Assembly (NCBI RefSeq): GCF_009914755.1
Contig: NC_060946.1
Reading direction: 5' to 3' (one strand)
DNA: 64,000 nt
Source of the DNA: the human T2T-CHM13v2.0 reference genome, Homo sapiens
Positions 45,216-64,000 of the stretch are shown here, one piece after another. Position 1 is the first letter of the stretch, and each line of letters opens with the position of its first letter. The notes beneath the pieces are model-generated. The model did not search any database, was not told the origin of the DNA, and saw nothing but the letters and a program-made list of their open reading frames with translations. Both the position numbers and the translations under genes were made by a program.

Positions 45216-46619
45216 TAAAATCCTGTCATCTTATTTGGGGTATTATCATGGCTTAGTTGCAAAGGGGGATCTAGTGAGCAAATGGTGCAGATCATTCCAT
45301 TCATAGAACCATAAACATCTCAACGAGGTAAAGTAACTTGCCCAGTATCACACAGACAGACATGACTCTGGGCGTCGTGTTGCCCACCTCCCCCATTATC
45401 CAGGAGTTTAGTAGTAAGTCTGTGAAGCAACAAATTTAAAAATAGACATCCTGGCTTTGTGTGGTAGTCATGGTGGTGATATGGGAGAAACAGCTTTATG
45501 TTGATTTTGGATGAGAAAAGGCCAGAGCCATCTTGGTGGAAGCAACCATGGAAAAAAACCAGGCTAAACTGTTTTCTTACCCACCCCTTAGATTTGCAAA
45601 GCACATATAGTTTGGAAAAATAAAAAAGTAAGGACAAAACAAAAAACAAAAAAACAAAAACAAAGCAAAACAAAACAAAAAAAAACCAGACTAATGACCT
45701 CAGAACTTAATAGCAGGCCCAATTTATAAACTAACAGTGTTTCCTACATTCAACATGTTTATGATTCCACGCAGTCTAAACATGCTTTAAAGCCACGGTG
45801 TTAACATAAGCCTGGGTTAGGTTTAAGAGGTTATATTCCAGATGTGTAAAGAGGCTTTTTAGAAAAACAACTTGCAATCTCAGAAAGCCCTTATATCTTT
45901 ACACTGAGGGTCTGAGAACACGAAAGAGAAGTCAAAGAACTTGCAACTGAGGTCAGAGAGCACAGTGCAATCACATTTTTATCTTGCTAGGGCCCTTTCT
46001 GGAGTCTCATTAATTAAAGCTCTTAGTTTAGCAACCTGGGTTGTGAATATTTTTCCTTCCCTTTCTTGTCAGCACAGTGAAAAAAATGCTAGTAGGGTAG
46101 CTGAGTAACACACTTTAAGACAATGGAAACATTCTCTCTGTGAGGCTCCTTGTCCACAACAAATTGTGAATTATGTTTCCATTTTCATCCACGCTGGACA
46201 ATAGGAGTCTTTAATGTTCACATTTCTCTTCTTGGAGAGGAGATTTGTGCTCTGATCCCACAGTAAGCACTTGAAAATCCTACTCAAAATACTGTATTTG
46301 CTACTTCTGCGAAGCATTTTAAGATGGCTTCTAAGCTTTTATAAAGGATTTAAGTACATCAATTGCCTCATTTCTATTTGTAGTAAGTCATTATGTTGGA
46401 TTAAGGGAAATACTTCTGGTATACAATGAATGCTGTTCAGTCACATAGGTGTGGGAAATGGAAAAGTAATTTTTAAAAGTAAGAAAGAAACAAAAATGCT
46501 GTTCAGGGAAATATTCATGAATGAACATTTACTTACTTTTTCCTTGTATTCATACATTGCACAGGATTAAATTGAAGAAATCTTAACATTGTTATAAATG
46601 AGAGGAATGGCATCTATAA

Positions 46620-55742
<9,123 letters not shown>

Positions 55743-57059
55743 GATTTAATGTTATGACTGAGGTAAACATGAATGAAAGCAAATCTTCAAAATATCTATG
55801 ATTTGATCTCATGTATATACATTTGTGTCTGAATATACATTAGATAGATGGGGAATGCATAGATGTGGAACAGGCAGAGCCTAGCAAGCCGAGGGGACTG
55901 GACCTGAATCTTGGACAGAGGGAATTCGTAACAGAAAAGACTTTCATGTTTTTCTCTGTATAGTTAATTACTTTATGCTCGACCACAACAAGAATGTATT
56001 GTATATGTTTTTGTGTTTTTTTTTCCCTTAATCTTAAATTCAAAATATAAGGTAGCCTCCTGGCTGTGAGCTACAAGAATCCTTATGGGTTTGGCAGTTC
56101 TTTGACAACTTCTCACCTGGCTAAATTATCAAGGAATGTCCTACCACCAAGCATGAGAAATTCTTGGCATTCCTGAAATAAATTCTTCTTCTGAGCCAGC
56201 TCACGTGGGCATCATAATCTCCTTGAAGGCTTTAAAAAGATTTAGATCTGAGTCTGTCTCAGATTCTCGGGCTCAGAACCAGAATTTCTTCATCTGAGGC
56301 TATTATCTTGCTCTGGAGGAGGGAGTGAGAACTGGATCACTGGTTACGGTGGTGACTGGGACAACAGCACAGCCACAGACAGGAACACAGAAGGCAGAGG
56401 CAGCCTTGATCTGCAAGGGCTCCAGTTAACCCCAATGGGGACCCTCGATGGACAAAGGCACTCTCCTAGGCTTGGTGATGAAAGTATTCCTCTTACAGCC
56501 AGGCAAGGCACTCAGGGCTCTGCAGCAGAGAAGTTAGAGCTGTAGCTTTTTTGCTTGGTGTTTTCACTAAAACTTAATTTCTTGTTGCACTTGTTGGATG
56601 GGCATGTCCCATAGGGGAAGTTTCCACTACTGTGTTCTAAACTTTGGACTGCTTGTACCATCTTACTTGTTCCCTCATTAATAATGAACTAAATAAAACC
56701 TTTAGTATATGCTAATTTCATATCTTTACGAGAGTCATGACTTTACCTTTTTGTTTTGAAAAGTACCTTTTCACATTGCTATCACTTCCTTACCAGAGCA
56801 GTGAGTGTCTGGGTCTCCCTCTTAGGGGCAGACACTGTTCCATGTAATTAGAATTAATTTCTTGTTCTTGGTAGGCAGAGAAAACCTTCCACACTCCCAG
56901 GAGACAAGGGTTCAGATCTTGTGCCATGGCTGAGAGTGATGCTGAGGAAGACACTTCTCTCTAGTCTCAGTTCGCCTGCCTGTGAAATGGGCTCATAACA
57001 AACTCCTGATCCCAGGCTCAGTCGCCTTGAGCCCATGACCTCACCCAACCCCTCCATCC

Positions 57060-57450
57060 AACTCAACTCGGGGGGCGGCCCCCTTTCCTCCGAAGGCGCC
57101 CGGGTGGCAAGTCGGTGCCTCAGCTCCCGGGGGTTTCTGGGTTCTGCGCTGCCCACGGGGTGCCCAGGGGCCTCTGGAGGGGGCGGGTTCTCTCCAGCCA
57201 GAAAGCCCGGAGCCGCCCAGGAATTTTGGCTCGGACTGAGAGCATTGTCTCCAGGGCCTGCCGGGCACGATCCGGGAAGGGCGGCTGCGGGCACATGCCG
57301 TGCTGCTTTCAGCCAGGCCGGCACCATGCGGCCCCTGCTCTGCGCGCTGGCCGGGCTGGCCCTGCTCTGCTCCGCGGGCGCTTTGGCCGGTGATTGGGGC
57401 GCGGGGCAATGCAGGGGACACGGAGCCGGGGAGATCCCCAGATGGCGAGG
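57060..57450 (+). promoter_or_regulatory. CpG island / promoter region of a PLAC9 paralog
   Basis: GC-rich, CpG-dense sequence with GC boxes (ggggcgg at ~57073 and ~57180) immediately upstream of the PLAC9-like ATG. Confidence 0.7.
57326..57389 (+). pseudogene. PLAC9P: PLAC9 first coding exon paralog (signal peptide); remaining exons not in the window
   Basis: GCACCATGC start. MRPLLCALAGLALLCSAGALA versus recalled PLAC9 MRPLLCALTGLALLRAAGSLA. Phase-1 donor G|gtgatt. Confidence 0.85.
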
Positions 57451-59174
57451 AAGGAATGAGCGAGAGAGAGAGCTGGACACAGCAGCGAGATGGAGAGAGG
57501 GGCAGATACAGGGAGGGACGGATGGAGAGAGAGATGGTGAGAGGAAACAGACTCAGAAAAAGGCAGAGAAGTAGAGCAACGGAGAGATAAAGGAGAGAGG
57601 GAAGAATAAACAGTGAAAAGGAAAAAAGGAGAGGCCGAGACAGAAAGAGGCTTTCCCTGAACAGATATGAACCAAGATAGAAAGAAAAAAGAGTTTGAGA
57701 GACAAAAGAGAAGAAGGAAAGAGAAAGACTGACTAAAATGGCAAGGGGTGGAGGGAGAGAGGATAAGAAAAGAGAAAGATTTGAGAGAGACCAAAAAAGA
57801 GAGAGAGAGGGAAGCTCGATGCCTGGAGTAGAGCTGGCAAGAGAGAAGGAGCCAGGATCTGGGGTGGGAGGTCACAGCTGCTGGGTCGGGCAGCCCCGGA
57901 GGCCAGCTCCATCTCAGAGGGCCTGCGGAGGCTCAGCCCTGGCTTTATAGGACATTGCTTAAGAAGCCAGACTCCAAAGGGTGAGTGACCCAGGCCAGCC
58001 CAGCACAGCCTTAAGGAGCCAGGCAGGCGAGTCCAGGAGAAAGGCCACCGACTCACCTGCCACGTGGCCTCAGGTGGTTCTGCAGTTGGTGAAGAAGTCA
58101 GCCTCCTGGTTTCCAGGGAGCTTCTCTGGGGAACTGAGCTGTTTGGGGTAGAGACGGGGGACTGGATGGAGATGGAGAGCTGTGCGGGAGGGAGAGGCTG
58201 TCTGGGTACTCCATTAGCTGGGTTCCTTGCCTTTCGCTGTCCCCTTTCTTCCCCCCACCTCCCCCCTCAGCTTAATGTTGCCCCTTCACAGGTGAGGCTC
58301 AGACGGGGTGACTCATGTCAAGTGACTTACTAGACTGCAGTCTGGGGCGGTACACAGATGCTCATTCCACCACCCTGCACATTGCATAGGACTTTACAGT
58401 TTACAAGCCACAACCCCACCTAGCCACGGATGGCTATTGCTCATTCCAGTTGCCCAGGTGAGGGAAAAGCTCAGATCTCATGGTGGTGCCAAGGCAGAGC
58501 CCTCACAAAGCATCCAGGCCTCCTGCCCCCCCAGTCGTTGCCACGACCTTGGCAGAAGTGCCCTGTGCTAAGATAGAAGCCCCTAGCGCCTTTCAGGGCC
58601 CTCTGAACTGTGGGATTAAGCACTTGGGGAAAGGATCCAGACCAGCCCTCAGGATCCCCTGCCTTGGTTGAGTCCCTTTCCCTCTCTGGTGCTGTTTCTT
58701 CCTCTATAAATTGGGGAGAATGATACCCACCCCACAGGGCTGGCCTCAGGGATTAGATGAGAGAGGAAGTGCCCAGCAGGGAACATGCATCAACGCACAT
58801 TCTCTCAGATGACTCCACTGATCTCTCTGAGCCTCAGTTTACTCACCTGTTAAAGATGACCACCAAAGGCTTCCTCACAAGCTGCATGAGGAGTGGCTGG
58901 GACTCTGCCCAGCGTAGAATACAGGCCCCAGTACACACCCTCCCATCCCCCTCTCCTTTAGTCCCTCCCAGCTCAGCCCCAGGATCCAGGAGCTAAAGGC
59001 ACAAAGCAGCACCTGTGTTTCTCCCGGAGGGAGGAGGGAGCATCCTGCCCACAAGTGGCTACTTTTGGTGCCCCTTTTAGCCACAACTTGTACAGAGACT
59101 TTAAACCCACTTTTAAACATTATTTTTCTTTCTGATTATGCATGCTCATTGCTACAGAAAAAGAAGAAAAGGAG

Positions 59175-63725
<4,551 letters not shown>

Positions 63726-64000
63726 ACATGAGACTTCTCTGCATTATTTCTTTTTTTTCTTTGTAGAGATGGCGTCTCTCTGTCATCCAGGCTGGAATGC
63801 AGTGGCACCATCACAGCTCACTGCATCTTTCAACTCCTGAGCTTCAAGGGATCCTCCTGCCTCAGCCTCCCAAGTAACTGGAGTCACAGGCATGGGCCAC
63901 CACACCGCGCCCAGCCTGTCTTTTCATTCTTAACAGTGTCTCTGGCACAGCAGACATGTTTCACTTTAATGAGGTCCATCTTGTCCATTTTTTCTTTCGT

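Noticed and set aside
56854-57875. Overlapping 126-208 aa ORFs on both strands around the CpG island
   Set aside because: Stop-poor GC-rich and GA-rich sequence; only the 64-nt PLAC9 exon has recognisable homology.

Overview
Primate (catarrhine, human-like) genomic DNA with no intact full-length gene. The window looks like a mosaic segmental-duplication block. On the + strand are unprocessed, intron-flanked gene fragments: three FAR2 exons (12.5, 29.6 and 32.0 kb), the last exon and 3' UTR of TMEM254 (42.4-44.2 kb) and the CpG-rich first exon of PLAC9 (57.3 kb). On the - strand, within about 24 kb, are three processed retrocopies (ARHGAP42, USP10, SSBP3), each with poly(A) and/or target-site-duplication (TSD) evidence. 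The SSBP3 copy is nested in a twin-primed L1. The left ~36 kb is AT/L1-rich and Alu-poor, and the right ~28 kb is Alu-dense. The most notable signal is the USP10 retrocopy. It keeps an uninterrupted 403-aa N-terminal ORF (strong Kozak, FGDF G3BP-binding motif, PAM2 motif), while a deletion removes the catalytic Cys box and all frameshifts fall in the DUB domain. Gene identifications come from recalled human protein sequences, not database searches, and repeat subfamily calls are approximate. No prokaryote-type system (CRISPR, operon, rRNA/tRNA) is present.
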